A DNA stretch of 64,000 bases, taken from positions 318,742,001 to 318,806,000 of the forward strand of contig NC_091469.1 in NCBI RefSeq assembly GCF_036971445.1, in the 5' to 3' direction. The notes below the pieces were generated by a model. The model was given only the letters and a program-made list of their open reading frames with translations. It searched no databases and had not been told where the DNA came from. The translations under genes and the position numbers were made by a program. Source of the stretch: Narcine bancroftii. Its lineage: Eukaryota. Positions 1 to 11,092 of this stretch are shown in pieces; position 1 is the first letter of the stretch, and each line of letters starts with the position of its first letter.

Positions 1-346
1 GAGAGAGAGTGGGGGGGGACTTTCAGGTAGCCAATTGCCCTACATGTAAACCCGCATGTTTAGGCAATATGCAACTGTTTTGAGACCACTTGAATGTGCA
101 GGAGATGCTCTTGAGGTGAGGTACGTAACCCTTCTCTGAGGTGGCTAATCAGCTCAGCTCAGTGACTTCCCCAGCCACCTGAATGCAGCTGGCTGAAAGC
201 AGATTTTAAAGGGTCAGGCTGCTGATGTGGCAGTGACGTCGTCAGCCTGAGATGCCTGGTGCGAATCTTGAAGCACATTGCACAGGCAGCCTAGTGCAGA
301 TTCAGTTGTTTTGTTTAGCATTGAAAGAAAACAGTGCATTTGAACA

Positions 347-1770
347 ATGCCTCCAAGAAAGGCTAGTAACTGGTCTGAAGAAGAGGTAAGACCGCTTTTA
401 GACCATCTGACTCAGGAATCCCAGGAAAAGGAGCTCACTGGGACAGTTAGGGATGGTCCCACTTTTGAGCGGCTGTCTGGAGTGCTTGCAGCACAAAGGC
501 ACAAGTGCAGTAAAAACCAGATGGTCACGAAGCTGAAGAGCATGAGGAAGAAATTCCATGCAGTCCTCGACCACAACAAGAGGAGCGGCAATGGGCACAA
601 GGAGTGGCAGTACTTTGACCAGTGCCACGCTCTCTGGGGGGCTGGCTGCTCAGCTACTCCCTTCAATATAGCCAGTGCTCTGGAGACCCCTGAATCCCCA
701 CAGCACATCCCTGAGAAATCTCAGGGTTCACACAGCGGCAATGGAGAAGACATGCCGGTCCAGGAGGAGGAGGCCACCGCCGAGGACCTGGCAGCCACAG
801 ATTTGGATGGGTCACACATTCCCATTATCACACCGAGCGTGGATGCTGCAGCCTACTACAATCTCAAAGGGTGGCATTCAGTGGTTCTCCAAGCGGTGGT
901 TGACCACAGATTCTGGTGAGTTAAGCCTCTATTGATGTATATCACATCACATTTCCGATGGCTATAACTTTACTGTGTGATTTCCACTGTGATTTCCATT
1001 CATGTTACAGCTTCTCAGATGTGTTTGACGGGTGCCCGGGCCTCATGCATGATGCCAGAGTGCTTGCCAACTCTCCTCTGTATAGAAAAGCAGAGGACCA
1101 GGGCTGATACCTCTTCCCACGTGAAGTGAGTGTTCACCCTTCAAAGCTGTTCCTGGAAGTGGCGAGGCGGTACTCTCAACAGAGAACACAGGTACAGTAG
1201 CATTGAGGTTGTGTTTATGGAGAAGCACTTAAGTCCAATGCTGATGCACTTTTCCTGTTTCCACCCATAGCCTCTGGTCTCAGATGCAAGCGCCAGCGAC
1301 TGATGAAGGGACAGGTTCTTGTGAATGAGCTGCAGGCGATGATGTTGGCACTTGACAGAGAGGACAGAGAGAGAGACCGCCAGCGTGCTGAAGAGGCGCT
1401 GGATCATGAGAGAGTCATGCTCGGCGACCAGAGGGAGGACGAGGAAGCAACGCACCGCTCCAAGTGGAAAAGCATGCCCAGTCGATGTCTGAGTTTGCAG
1501 GTTCCCTGCGGGAACTATGTGCCGCAATGGACAGGCAGTCAATCATCTTCAACAGATTGGTCATGTGATTGGAGGCCTCCCCATCCCCATTCCCACAGTC
1601 ATATGGTCAGCCTCATCCCATGTACCTGGCCCCTCCATCCAGCATGCCATTTCATTCCACACCAGTGCATCACAGTAGTGGACACTTTGGCATGACTGAG
1701 ATGCTGGGGTCCAGGACAGGTTCCTCATCTCCCCCTCCAACTCATTCCTCTCAACACTGGAATGAGGTTT
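347..1770 (+). pseudogene. Harbinger Myb/SANT (trihelix) DNA-binding protein gene, disrupted
   Basis: ORF 347-919 has the Trp-spaced trihelix pattern (WSEEEVRPLL...FERLSGVL...QMVTKLKSMRKKF...EWQYFDQCHALWG). After an inserted transposase segment (806-1148) it resumes with a likely intron (~1192-1270), a charged coiled-coil stretch and a Pro/Ser-rich tail with frameshifts. Confidence 0.85.
806..1148 (+). repeat. Inverted duplicate of transposase segment 2764-3106
   Basis: 806-1148 is the reverse complement of 2764-3106 (both 343 bp) with scattered substitutions. It includes intron 1 and exon 2 of the transposase. Confidence 0.95.
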
Positions 1771-2263
1771 GTGTCGGACTAAACATCCTTAATACTGCTA
1801 ACTCACTGTTCACTTTTGTTGTTCATGAACCCCCTCATAAGTGCAATGTTCTGTGTGACACTTTAAGGATGGAAACATTCAGCATTGAGATGCTATGAAG
1901 CCGGGTGGAGGTGTTTGTTGTGTTTACTGTTTTAGTGTTTGATCTGATGTGTTCAGTGTGGAGTGGATTTTCACTGTTATTTGTCCATTCCATGGTTTCC
2001 TTCAAGTTTAAGAATGATGTGAAATGTTAACATTGCGATATCTACCTCAGATATTTATGAAACATTGTGATTTCTCAAAGAACGTCTTTTATAAAATTTT
2101 ATTACATTTTTGACAAGCACACAAGTTTCATTTATATGCTCCTGTTCATTCGCGAGAGCACATAACATGCCAGGCAGCAGGCTCATGTCATCACATTGGT
2201 TGGAGGGAGTGGAGGGGGGTACAAGTCGTGGAAAATGTAGAGCTGGGAAGCAGGGACATACCC

Positions 2264-3787
2264 TTAGAGGATGGATATGATGGCAGAACGGATGGCCTGG
2301 TGCCCATGGCCCTGCTGATCAGCACAATCTGTGCTATTGGGTGCAGGGCCATCTGCTTCAACCAATGTCCACTCTGAAGATAAGTCTTTCTCGTTAATCT
2401 CACATATATTGTGCTGTACACAGCAGGCAAACACAACATCTGGGGCTAAGGCGGTAGAGATATCTAAACACATGGACAGGCACCACCACCGGCCTTTTAG
2501 ACAGCCAAATGCATGTTCCACCACTATCCTTGCTGAATTAAGGGCCTTGTTAAATCTTCACTGATCCTGATCCAGTACTCGGTGCTGTGTGAACCCATTC
2601 ATCAGCCAGCTTCATAGGGGGTATGCCGCATCACCCTCAAGATGCGCTGGAACCTCCACTCCCTCAACATCCTTGGACAACTGCAGGCACAAAGATGCAG
2701 AATGTAGTTAATTCATGCCCCTGAACATTGACACAGCAAGCATGCATAACATTTGAAACATGGAGCTTTGAAGGGTGAACACTCACTTCACGTGGGAAGA
2801 GGTATCCGCCCTGGTCCTCTGCTTTTCTATGCAGAGGAGAGTTGGCAAGCACTCTGGCATCATGCGTGAGGCCCGGCCACCGCTCAAACACATCTGAGAA
2901 GCTGTAACATGAATGGAAGTCACAGTGGAAATCACACAGTGAAGTTATAGTCATCGGAAATGTGATGTGATATACATCAATAGAGACTTAACTCACCAGA
3001 ATCTGTGGTCAACCACCGCTTGGAGAACCACTGAATGCCACCCTTTGTGATTGTAGTAGGCTGCAGCATTCATGCTGGGTGTGATAATGGGAATGTGTGA
3101 CCCATCAATGGCACCAGCACACATTGGGTATCCCCTTTGGGCGAAGCCATCAATGGTCTCCTGGAGACGTGTTCCACTTGGCAAGGAGAGTAAACGTTTA
3201 CCGAGGAACTTCCTCAAGGCGGCAGTCACCTCCTGCACCACCATGCACACGGTACTGATGCCTATTCCAAAGATGGTACTGATGGATCAATACTCACAAG
3301 GGGTGGCATTCCACCAAAAGGCCACAGCTAATCGAAGTCTGGGCTCCAATGGTTGCTGCAAGTCCAGTCTATGCACCTTCAGATGAGGTTCTATGAGTTC
3401 CAGCAGGAAGTGAAAGGTGCCACATGACATACGAAAGTGTCTGCTCCACTCAGCATCATCAAATTGGGTGAGGACATTACTCCAGAACTCAGCACCCTGC
3501 GGTCAGTTCAACCTCCAGAGAGACCGATGTGTCACCATAGCTAATTGACTGACCAGCAGTATTCGCCTTTGTCTGCGGCTCTCGACTGCTAATTGCTATC
3601 TTCTTGCCTTCAACCTTTGCAGGAACCTTCTCTTGATTGCACCCATGCAATTTTCAGATTTCAAGGATGATTGAAGAGCTTCAACAGCACAAATAGCCTT
3701 ACCAAGGATCTGCCGTATCTCATTCTGAACACTCAGAAATGCTGAAATCATCATCATTATGTCTCCTTCCTGCACAGGGTCTGCCAT
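2264..3787 (-). pseudogene. Harbinger DDE transposase (HARBI1-like), 3 exons, premature stops
   Basis: Motifs GAIDGSHIPI, YNHKGWHSVVLQAVVD, PGLTHDARV, GDAAYPL and VEHAFGCLKGRW. GT-AG introns at 2996-2902 and 2786-2681 restore the frame. In-frame stops (3596-3598, and right after AYPL) look like CpG decay. Confidence 0.92.
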
Positions 3788-4015
3788 TGTCTTGTGTTCC
3801 TTCTTGTTGCGCTCAAAAATGACATCACATCAGTGGGCGGGATCACAACTGACACTGGGCAGGAGCCAGAGTGTGCTCAGACCTGCATCCTCTGCAGCTG
3901 TGTCCTTCAGGTGGCGAGTGTTGCGCTTTAAACGCTGCCACCTGAACAGAAATTTAAGGGTCTGCTTCTGCTTCTTCAGGCGCATTCTTAGCATAGAATG
4001 CACCTGAAAAAGCCT

Positions 4016-4692
4016 AGAGAGAGAGAGAGAGGGAGAGAGAGAGAGAGAGAGAGAGAGAACTGGTTTCTGTAGTCATAGTAAATTTTCAGCTTATGGAAAC
4101 TCCATTTTGAAGACGGGTTGTGAGTTCTGAGTTCAGCCTGTTGAAAACCCTTGTGGTCCATACAAGAGGAAATGGCTGGCTAGAGTGTTTTACCTGAAAT
4201 AAGGGAAACAAGAACTCTGTGGTAACCTGGAAGAAGAGGTTATCATTTGGAAAGCCCATGATGGGGAAAGATTCTTTGGAAAGACACTGAAGTGGCTGAT
4301 CGGAGGGAATCAGTTTGTGTGTGTCCAATAAGCAACAAATCTCTCTCTGAAACCAACAAGAACCTTCCTGAGCAGTAACCAATTACCTTTAAGCACCAGA
4401 TCTCGGTGAAAATTCATTATTGTGCACAATATAAGAATTGTCTGATACCGGTGAACTTAGAGGAGTGAGAAGTGAGGTTAGTCTGTGAATCGAAGAACTT
4501 TCCTGAACATATACACATTACAAACACATGTGCTTAGAATTATAAAGGGGTTAAGTTAAGTTAATAGTATTAAGTTAAAGTTTGATCCTGTTTTCATGTT
4601 TAAATAAAATTAAAAGTAACTTCTGTTTAAGTAACCATTGTCTTGATGAATTTCTATTGCTGCTGGGTTTTGGGGTCCTCTGGGCTCGTAAC
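4016..4692 (+). mobile_element. Gypsy-type LTR family A, 3' part (interrupted by the Harbinger in its GA tract)
   Basis: Ends ...GGGTTTTGGGGTCCTCTGGGCTCGTAACA, like the complete copy at 17320-18259. Confidence 0.8.
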
Positions 4693-5255
4693 ACACAAAA
4701 GTCTGCAGACGCTGAGATTGTAGTAAAGAAACACCGAAATGTTGGAGGAACTCAGCCGGTCTTTCAGCGTCCATAGGAGACAAAGATATATTACCGATGT
4801 TTTGGCCCTAAGCTTTTCTTGAACGAATAAGCAGGAAATCTCTGAATATAGACAGTGTCGGCTGGAGGAGGAATCCTAACCAGCCAAAGGTATTAATTGG
4901 ATAGGGTAAGGGGAGAGGCAAAAATGTATCATGCCTGTTGGAAGGAGAGACAGAGCTGGGTGAAGAAGTGAGGGGGTGGGTTTTAACAAAAGCCAGAGCC
5001 AAATTTATCATGTGCACAGACATGATAAATTCTCACCCCTCCCTTTACTCGACACTTTTTGTTGGTCTGGATTCCTCTCCCAGCCGGCGCTGTCCAATTT
5101 CTGAGATTTCCTGCTCTTGGTTCATTCTGCTTTTTCCTTGAAGAAGGGCTCAGGCCTGACATATTGGCAGTAAATCTTTGACTCCGAAAAAAAAAGAAGC
5201 TGAATGACCGTCCGAGTCCCTCCGTATTTCGATGTGTTTTTACACCAACATTACA
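4693..5255. mobile_element. Two oppositely oriented Penelope-like terminal fragments
   Basis: ~4720-4900 (-) and ~5055-5250 (+) are mutually reverse-complementary. Each has a degenerate TTGAAGAAGGGCTCAGGCC hammerhead-like motif. Confidence 0.7.
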
Positions 5256-5417
5256 GAGATACATTTCCATAGCAGACTGTTAAGAGCTTAATATTTCAAT
5301 CCTATTCTCAGCTGAGATGGACGCAGAACATTCAAAGTTGACCCAGCCTGTGCAGAGCTCAGAGTCAAACAATTCCAGGGAGCCAGCAATCAGCATGGTC
5401 AGGATGCATCCATAGAT

Positions 5418-5865
5418 ACTTGAGCCCTTCATCAAGGTATGAGAGAATGTCGGCAGGCGTCCGAACAAAAGAATGGGAGTGGGGAAGCAAAGCAGGAGAT
5501 GATAGGTGGAGAAAGGAGGGAGGGGACAGCAGCAATGAAGGGGAGGGAGTATGGCTGTGTGGGAGAAAGAACTGGAAAGAGGGAGGGAGGGAAAGAAAAG
5601 GCGAGCAGGTTTAATGGAAAGCAGTGAAGTTAATGTTCATGCCATCTTGCTGGAGGGTGCTCAAACAGAAAATAAGGTGTTGTTTCTCCAATCTGCGGGT
5701 GGTCTGGATGGGATAGTGCACAAAAGCCATGGACAGACATGTGAGTGTGTGTGCGTGATCCAAATTGAAATTGATGGCGACTGGGAGGTCACTGCAGTTG
5801 TAAATGGTGCTGAGCAAAGTGATCTCCCAATCTGTGACCGGTCTCTCCAATGTAGGAAATGCCAC
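5418..5865 (-). mobile_element. Penelope-like element 3' fragment (GIY-YIG end plus UTR)
   Basis: Translation fragments DLPVAINFN and RRLEKQHLIFCLSTLQQDGMNINF; similar to 13150-13640. Confidence 0.8.
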
Positions 5866-6188
5866 AAAGCATTTGCCACAAATTGCCTATGGGGATTGGC
5901 TGATGATGGATAAGTGAATTTTCTGGTTACTTGAGATAGCGTATTGCATGATTGCCAAACTGCCTACATCGGGCTCTAATTTTAAACTTTCGTATTTTTT
6001 ACCTATTCATTTACTGCAATTTTTTTGCCGGTTACTTGAATTCTGGATAACAGGTTTTACTGCAATGGGAAAGAAATGTCTAGGCTAGTCTATTCACCAA
6101 ATGAAGGATTTAATTCATTAAAGTACATAGTTCTCCTGTGACTATTTAATTTGTTTTATTTACTATTTAATAGCTTTCCTTTGCAGAA

Positions 6189-6439
6189 GGGCAGCACTGT
6201 TAGTGTATCAGTTAGCGCAACGCCATTACAGTGCCAGCAATCGGGACAGGGGTTCAAATCCCGTGCTGTCTGTAAGGAGTTGGTACGCTCTCCCTGTGTC
6301 TACATGGGTTTTCACCGGGGACTCCAGTATCCTCCCACGCTTCAAAATGTAATGGGGCTTGTAGGTTAATTGGGCAGCACAGACTCATTGGTTGAAATGA
6401 CCAGTTACCGCTCTGTACGTCTAAATTTAAAATTTAAAA
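6189..6439 (+). mobile_element. tRNA-derived SINE (V-SINE/HE1-like)
   Basis: B-box GGTTCAAATCC, family core TGTAAGGAGTT.GTACG.TCTCCC, TTTAAA tail; about a dozen copies in the window. Confidence 0.85.
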
Positions 6440-6700
6440 ATGTTCTACACTGTGTCTACCAATGCAAGGGAATATGTAACCTCCGTTGGACAGAAAGGAA
6501 AAACTGGCTTCGAGTCATGGCTTTTCTCTATCGATGTGTTTCCTCAGCTACGTTGGGATATGGATCTCTCCCAAAGACTGGATGTGCCTGTTCTGCAACC
6601 CCTCCCCCCACCCCACAATCTCTGTGATTTGAATAGAATAACATTTGTAAGCAGAACAAAAAAACAATCCATAGATAACAGAGGAGTGAATCTATTACGT

Positions 6701-6996
6701 TGTAACGACCAGCGGCCCGACACAAGTAGCCACATCCGAACACGATGATCGAGCATGGGCCGAGACAGCCTTCTTCCATAGGCCACCATGGCAAGGGAGG
6801 AAACGGACCAATCAGCAATGGGTGGATCATAAAGCCACCAATCAGCGATCGGCGGAGTGTAGGCCATGCCCGCTGATGATGTAGCAGCTCGGCCTATAAA
6901 AGGCAGAGAGAATGACCCAATAAATAGTACTGTTTGTCCTCTCAAGTGTGTGTATCTCCTCGAGAGCTCTAACCCAGAGCGATAACTGCAGCCACA
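6701..6996 (+). mobile_element. Short solo LTR (296 bp)
   Basis: TG...CA ends; flanks ACGT/ATGT (4-bp TSD with a CpG transition); CCAAT at 6808 and 6838, TATAAA at 6895, AATAAA at 6919. Confidence 0.75.
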
Positions 6997-7429
6997 ATGT
7001 GATGTTATTATCCAAATTATTGATACTGCAGAATTAGTTCCTTGAGACAATGCAAATGGCTTGGACAGCCAGACAAGACATAAAGCTACAAGACGCCATT
7101 GGTGCCAGAACATTATAGTCTGGCCTAATAAAACATGATTTTTTCATTTCAATATTACATTGGATCTGGACCCTGGTTCCAAAGATTGAAGAAAGGTAAT
7201 GAATTTGGTACTTTTGTCACATCGATTTTTATTTGAAGTCTGTTGAGGAGAATATTTTGGCAGTTTGTGAGCACAGCTGTTCCTTTTTAAGTGTAACATC
7301 TAATGATTCTACTCACAGAAATCCTCATGGATTATAAAGCAATGTGCCAGTTGAACTGAGGAGAGATCATGTAAAATCTCTTCCAAAGTGCTCTAAATGT
7401 TGGAGAAAACATGGAGAGAAAGTGTCTAC

Positions 7430-7534
7430 TTATTTTGACGTGCCTGATGATCTACTGCCTTTTCTCTTTGGCTCAGTGTTAGTATGGCTCTCCTGAACAA
7501 ACGAACAATCATCCTTCTGGACAAGTCTCCACGT
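7430..7534 (-). CDS. Candidate terminal exon (TWRLVQKDDCSFVQESHTNTEPKRKGSRSSGTSK*)
   Basis: ttcag acceptor, open frame to TAA, minus-strand AATAAA at 7228-7233, non-repetitive context. No homology recognised. Confidence 0.2.
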   Translation of the reverse strand, partial: TWRLVQKDDCSFVQESHTNTEPKRKGSRSSGTSK

Positions 7535-7760
7535 CTGAATCTCAATAAACCAAAGCAGAATATAAAGTTCTTCTCCACAAAATCAACATAGAGGGGCATG
7601 TACATGCTACTGGATTAGAGAAAGCAAATCAATAACCACCGCATGATTAACTGGGATCAGACACTTGAGGATCGTGGTCTTCAGACTTATGGATTGAGGG
7701 CCAAACTACTCTTGACTTCACAAAACAAATATATATGTGTTTGTGGTGTAATTGTCTTTC

Positions 7761-7974
7761 AATTTAAATTTAGACATTCAGCGCGGTTACAGTCCTTTCA
7801 GGCCCACGAGCCTAAATTCCCCAATTAACCCACAACTCCCGTATGTTTTTAAATAGAGGGAGGAAACCAGCGCACCCAGAGGAAATCCACGCAGACATGA
7901 TGAGAGCGTACAAACTCCTCACAGACAGTGCTGGATCCGAATCCAGCTCTCTGGTGCTGTAATAGCGTTGTGCA
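7761..7974 (-). mobile_element. tRNA-derived SINE
   Basis: Reverse complement of the SINE family seen at 6189. Confidence 0.85.
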
Positions 7975-7979
7975 CTTTT

Positions 7980-8215
7980 GGCGTGGCAGCTAGTGCAACG
8001 CTTTTTCCAACGCCAGCAATTGAGACCGGGGTTCGAATCCCGTGTTGTCTGCAAGGTGTTTGTACATTCTCCCTACGTTTCTCTGGTGAGCTCTGGCTTC
8101 CTCCCTCCCTTCATAAACGTACTGGGGACTTGAAGGTTAGTGGGGTGTAAATTGGGCGGAACAGGCTCATGGGCCAAAATGACCTGTTACCATGATGTAT
8201 GTCTACATTTTTAAA
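7980..8215 (+). mobile_element. tRNA-derived SINE
   Basis: B-box GGTTCGAATCC and family core; head-to-head with the previous copy. Confidence 0.85.
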
Positions 8216-8966
8216 AAGGTATGAATAGAAGACCACCCATGCTGTTAACGCATAGGCAAGGGAGGGGAGGATAAGATGTCTTACCCGGTAGGATGCAGGA
8301 GTGGTTATTTAAAATGGGAAGGTGAGGTGTGAGAGAGATGGAATTATATCTGCCTTAATCTTCCCCTCCCATAGCCCAGGTTCCTGGTCTGTTTCACACA
8401 TGTTGCTTACTGTACCTTGTTTTTGGCTTGTCAGAGACTCAACTTAGACTCACAGGTGCCTTTAGATTACCCTATGTTCAGGTAAGGCTATGGTTTCAAT
8501 GTTGAGAAGTAATAGAACTTTTAGGTCTTTGTCAAACTAGTTTTTACCGGACATTTTCACCTCTGCAAATTTACTTTCCGAAGCATTCTTCAGTTTCTCC
8601 CAACAAGCTGCATTCAAGAACTTCCCACAAATGTTCAGCCCTTCTTCTGTTTGGTACTGATTCTCTTTCTTTTAAGGTTACTCAATACTTTATGTCACTG
8701 TTAAAGTGAGAATAAAATAGAGCAGGGATTGAGTCTATTGTCTAAAAAACTTGAAGAACATTAATCTGAAAAAAATAACATGAGCCTAAAGTTCATTTGT
8801 ATCGGGGGAGTGAAAACTGACACCTACTTTGCCAAGGGAATAGAAGAACAATGTAGAAGTAGTGCAGGAAACAAACTTTCTTTATTGCAATCGCTGGTTC
8901 ATGTTTCTGAATTCTCTGCATGTTATTACTTCCTTTCCACATCCTGTGTATATTTTCTTTCCATAG

Positions 8967-9205
8967 GATCACCCAGGCTTCAGGAACTGAGTTGCAGGGA
9001 AAGGTTAAACAGGTTAGGACTTTATTCCCTGGAGCGTAGAAGTGTGAGGGGAGATTTGATAAAGGTATTTAAAATTATGAGGGGGATAGACAGAGTAAAT
9101 GAGGATAGGGTTTTTCCACTGAGGGTAGGTGAGATACAAACCAGAGGACATGGGTTAAGGGTGAAAGAGGAAAGGTTTAGGGGGAACTTCTTCACACAGA
9201 CAGTG
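8967..9205 (+). mobile_element. CR1 LINE ORF2 C-terminal fragment
   Basis: ERLNRLGLYSLERRSVRGDLIKVFKIMRG...TRGH...GNFFTQ is the typical CR1 C-terminus. Confidence 0.9.
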
Positions 9206-9547
9206 CTGATATTTCCATAGATGCTGCACTGGTTTTAAAAGAAAGCCTCTGACATCATTACAGCACACCACACCCCTGCTTGTCCATCCCCTTCAGCTTC
9301 AATGTTTCTCCAATAAAGTTAATGGAGTTGAAATTCCAAAGGAGCTTCACCCAGATGTTCACCATAACTCCAGAAAATCTATGAAAATCACAGTAAAGTT
9401 ATATAAAATTGTTTCTCCAGAAAATTCTGCAGATCTTCAATTGAGATTAAATCAGACAGGCGAACAGCCAAGGGAAAAAACATCGTAAGAATTACCATTC
9501 GTTTTTTTGAAGAAACAGCAAATTTACATCCATGGGGGCGGGGGAGA

Positions 9548-9774
9548 GGCAGCATGTTTGATGCCATGCTGTTACAGCGATCAGGACCTTGGTTTGAATC
9601 CCACGTCGACTGTAAGGGGTTTTTATGTTCTCCCCATGTCTGCATGGGTTTTCCCCGGGGGCTCCTACTATTCAAAACGTACCAGGGGTTGTAGTTTGAT
9701 TGGGCGTAAATTGGGCAGCAGTTGGGCTCGTGTGCCAAAACGGCCTGTTACTGTGCTGCATGTCTAAATTTAAA
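9548..9774 (+). mobile_element. tRNA-derived SINE
   Basis: Family core and tail. Confidence 0.8.
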
Positions 9775-10366
9775 CATTTTAACAAATGTAGATTAAAATT
9801 TTAAATTATCCTTATTAAGCATAAATTAGATCTATGTCCCGTGATTATCTAAGCAAAGGGCTCAGGTCCGAAATTTTGCTTGTCCTTTATTTTTCCAGAT
9901 GCTGTATGACCTGCTGACTTTCTCCAGCACATTTGTGCACTGCACTCAACTCAGCATCTGCAGACTTTCATGCTCAACCCCTATAATTAGCAAATTCTTC
10001 TAAATGACAGGGTAATTCTGCTGCTAAAAGTTGGCCTTTTTCTTTCTAATTTAAATCTAATCTTTTCTCTTTCTAATTAAAATCTAAACCCTTGCAAACT
10101 TTTAGTTAATATTGCACCTCCCTGTCACAGTCTGGGAATGTCAGAGATGGCGATTAAAGTGGTAGAGCAGCAACCTTGGCCTCACTCGTCAGAGACGCTC
10201 CCTTTGTCCTGACATTTCCTCTCTCCAAATTAAGGCCAACTTGCTCACTGACAAAGAATCTCCAATGTCAACATTTAAATCTGCCTCTTGTCCTGTGGAT
10301 ACTACCTCGCCTGCTGAGTGTTTTCACCATCAGTTGTTTGGTGAGATAAAAAATGATTAAAATTAC

Positions 10367-10415
10367 CTGAAGCCCTCCCCAATAAAGTGGTTGGACCATA
10401 CGTTTGCGCCATGTA
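10367..10415 (-). CDS. Candidate 49-nt exon (YMAQTYGPTTLLGRAS)
   Basis: atccag acceptor, CAG|gtaatt donor, open in phase 0->1; frame-compatible with 10890-10924. Confidence 0.2.
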
Positions 10416-10469
10416 CTGGATTGACCGCAAATAAATAATAATCAGTGAATTATATATTTAGTATATGTA

Positions 10470-10712
10470 GGGCGACACAGTCGGCGTAGCAGTTCATGCA
10501 ACACCGTCACAGCACCTGCAATTGGGATTGGGGTTTGAATCCCGCGCTGTAAGTAGTTTTATGTCCTCCCCGAGTCTGAATGGGTTTACTTCATGTGCTT
10601 TATGTTCTAAAACATACAGGGGTTGTAGGTCAATTGGGTGTAAATTGGGCAGTGTGGGCTCAAGGGCTGAAATGGCCTGATACTGCGCTGTATGATCTAA
10701 ATTTAAATTTAA
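10470..10712 (+). mobile_element. tRNA-derived SINE
   Basis: Family core and TTTAAA tail. Confidence 0.8.
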
Positions 10713-10889
10713 TATGTTCACAATAAACCTCTGAGTAGATGCTCTTGTTCTCTGCAATGAGACTAAGATATGGCAGGGAGACCTCTACTGCTTCAGGAAC
10801 AAAATGCGATATGAAGACAGGACATTAATCCTTATCTAGTTCACTTGATCCAATTTCCTGTTACTGTTTGCAGTGATGACATTACTCAC

Positions 10890-10924
10890 AGACTGCTCAT
10901 CTTCTCCAAGGGCATCCAGCTCCT
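10890..10924 (-). CDS. Candidate 35-nt exon (EELDALGEDEQS)
   Basis: ttcttcatttgtag acceptor, TCT|gtgagt donor, open in phase 1->0. Confidence 0.3.
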
Positions 10925-11092
10925 CTACAAATGAAGAATATTCAACAATTTTTGGGAGTGGGCGGGATTGGAACTGGAGAAGATAACTCTTTCAGAAAGA
11001 TTATGTCTTGAGGTTGAGAATTAACTTTGGAGGTCCCTCACTGCAATTGTTCCACAAAAGAATCAGATGTGTGCTCGATTTTAACATTAAGG

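Larger units (their letters stand above)
15..4015. mobile_element. PIF/Harbinger DNA transposon (decayed, two convergent genes)
   Basis: Myb/SANT-like ORF (+) and DDE_Tnp_4/HARBI1-like transposase (-) lie tail-to-tail. Imperfect TIRs: GGGGACTTTCAGGTAG (15-30) vs reverse complement of right end AGGCTTTTTCAGGTGC (4000-4015). Flanked on both sides by (GA)n. TSD not resolved. Confidence 0.9.

Noticed and set aside
2264-3787. Domesticated HARBI1 gene
   Set aside because: Multiple in-frame stops, a paired Myb gene and TIR-like ends indicate a decayed transposon copy.
6189-6265. tRNA genes at the SINE heads
   Set aside because: A/B-box-like heads are fused to a shared core and an AT tail in about a dozen diverged copies, so they are SINEs.
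6544-7113. 189-aa ORF with a signal-peptide-like start
   Set aside because: It runs antisense through a solo LTR and its flanks, with no recognisable domain; probably spurious.
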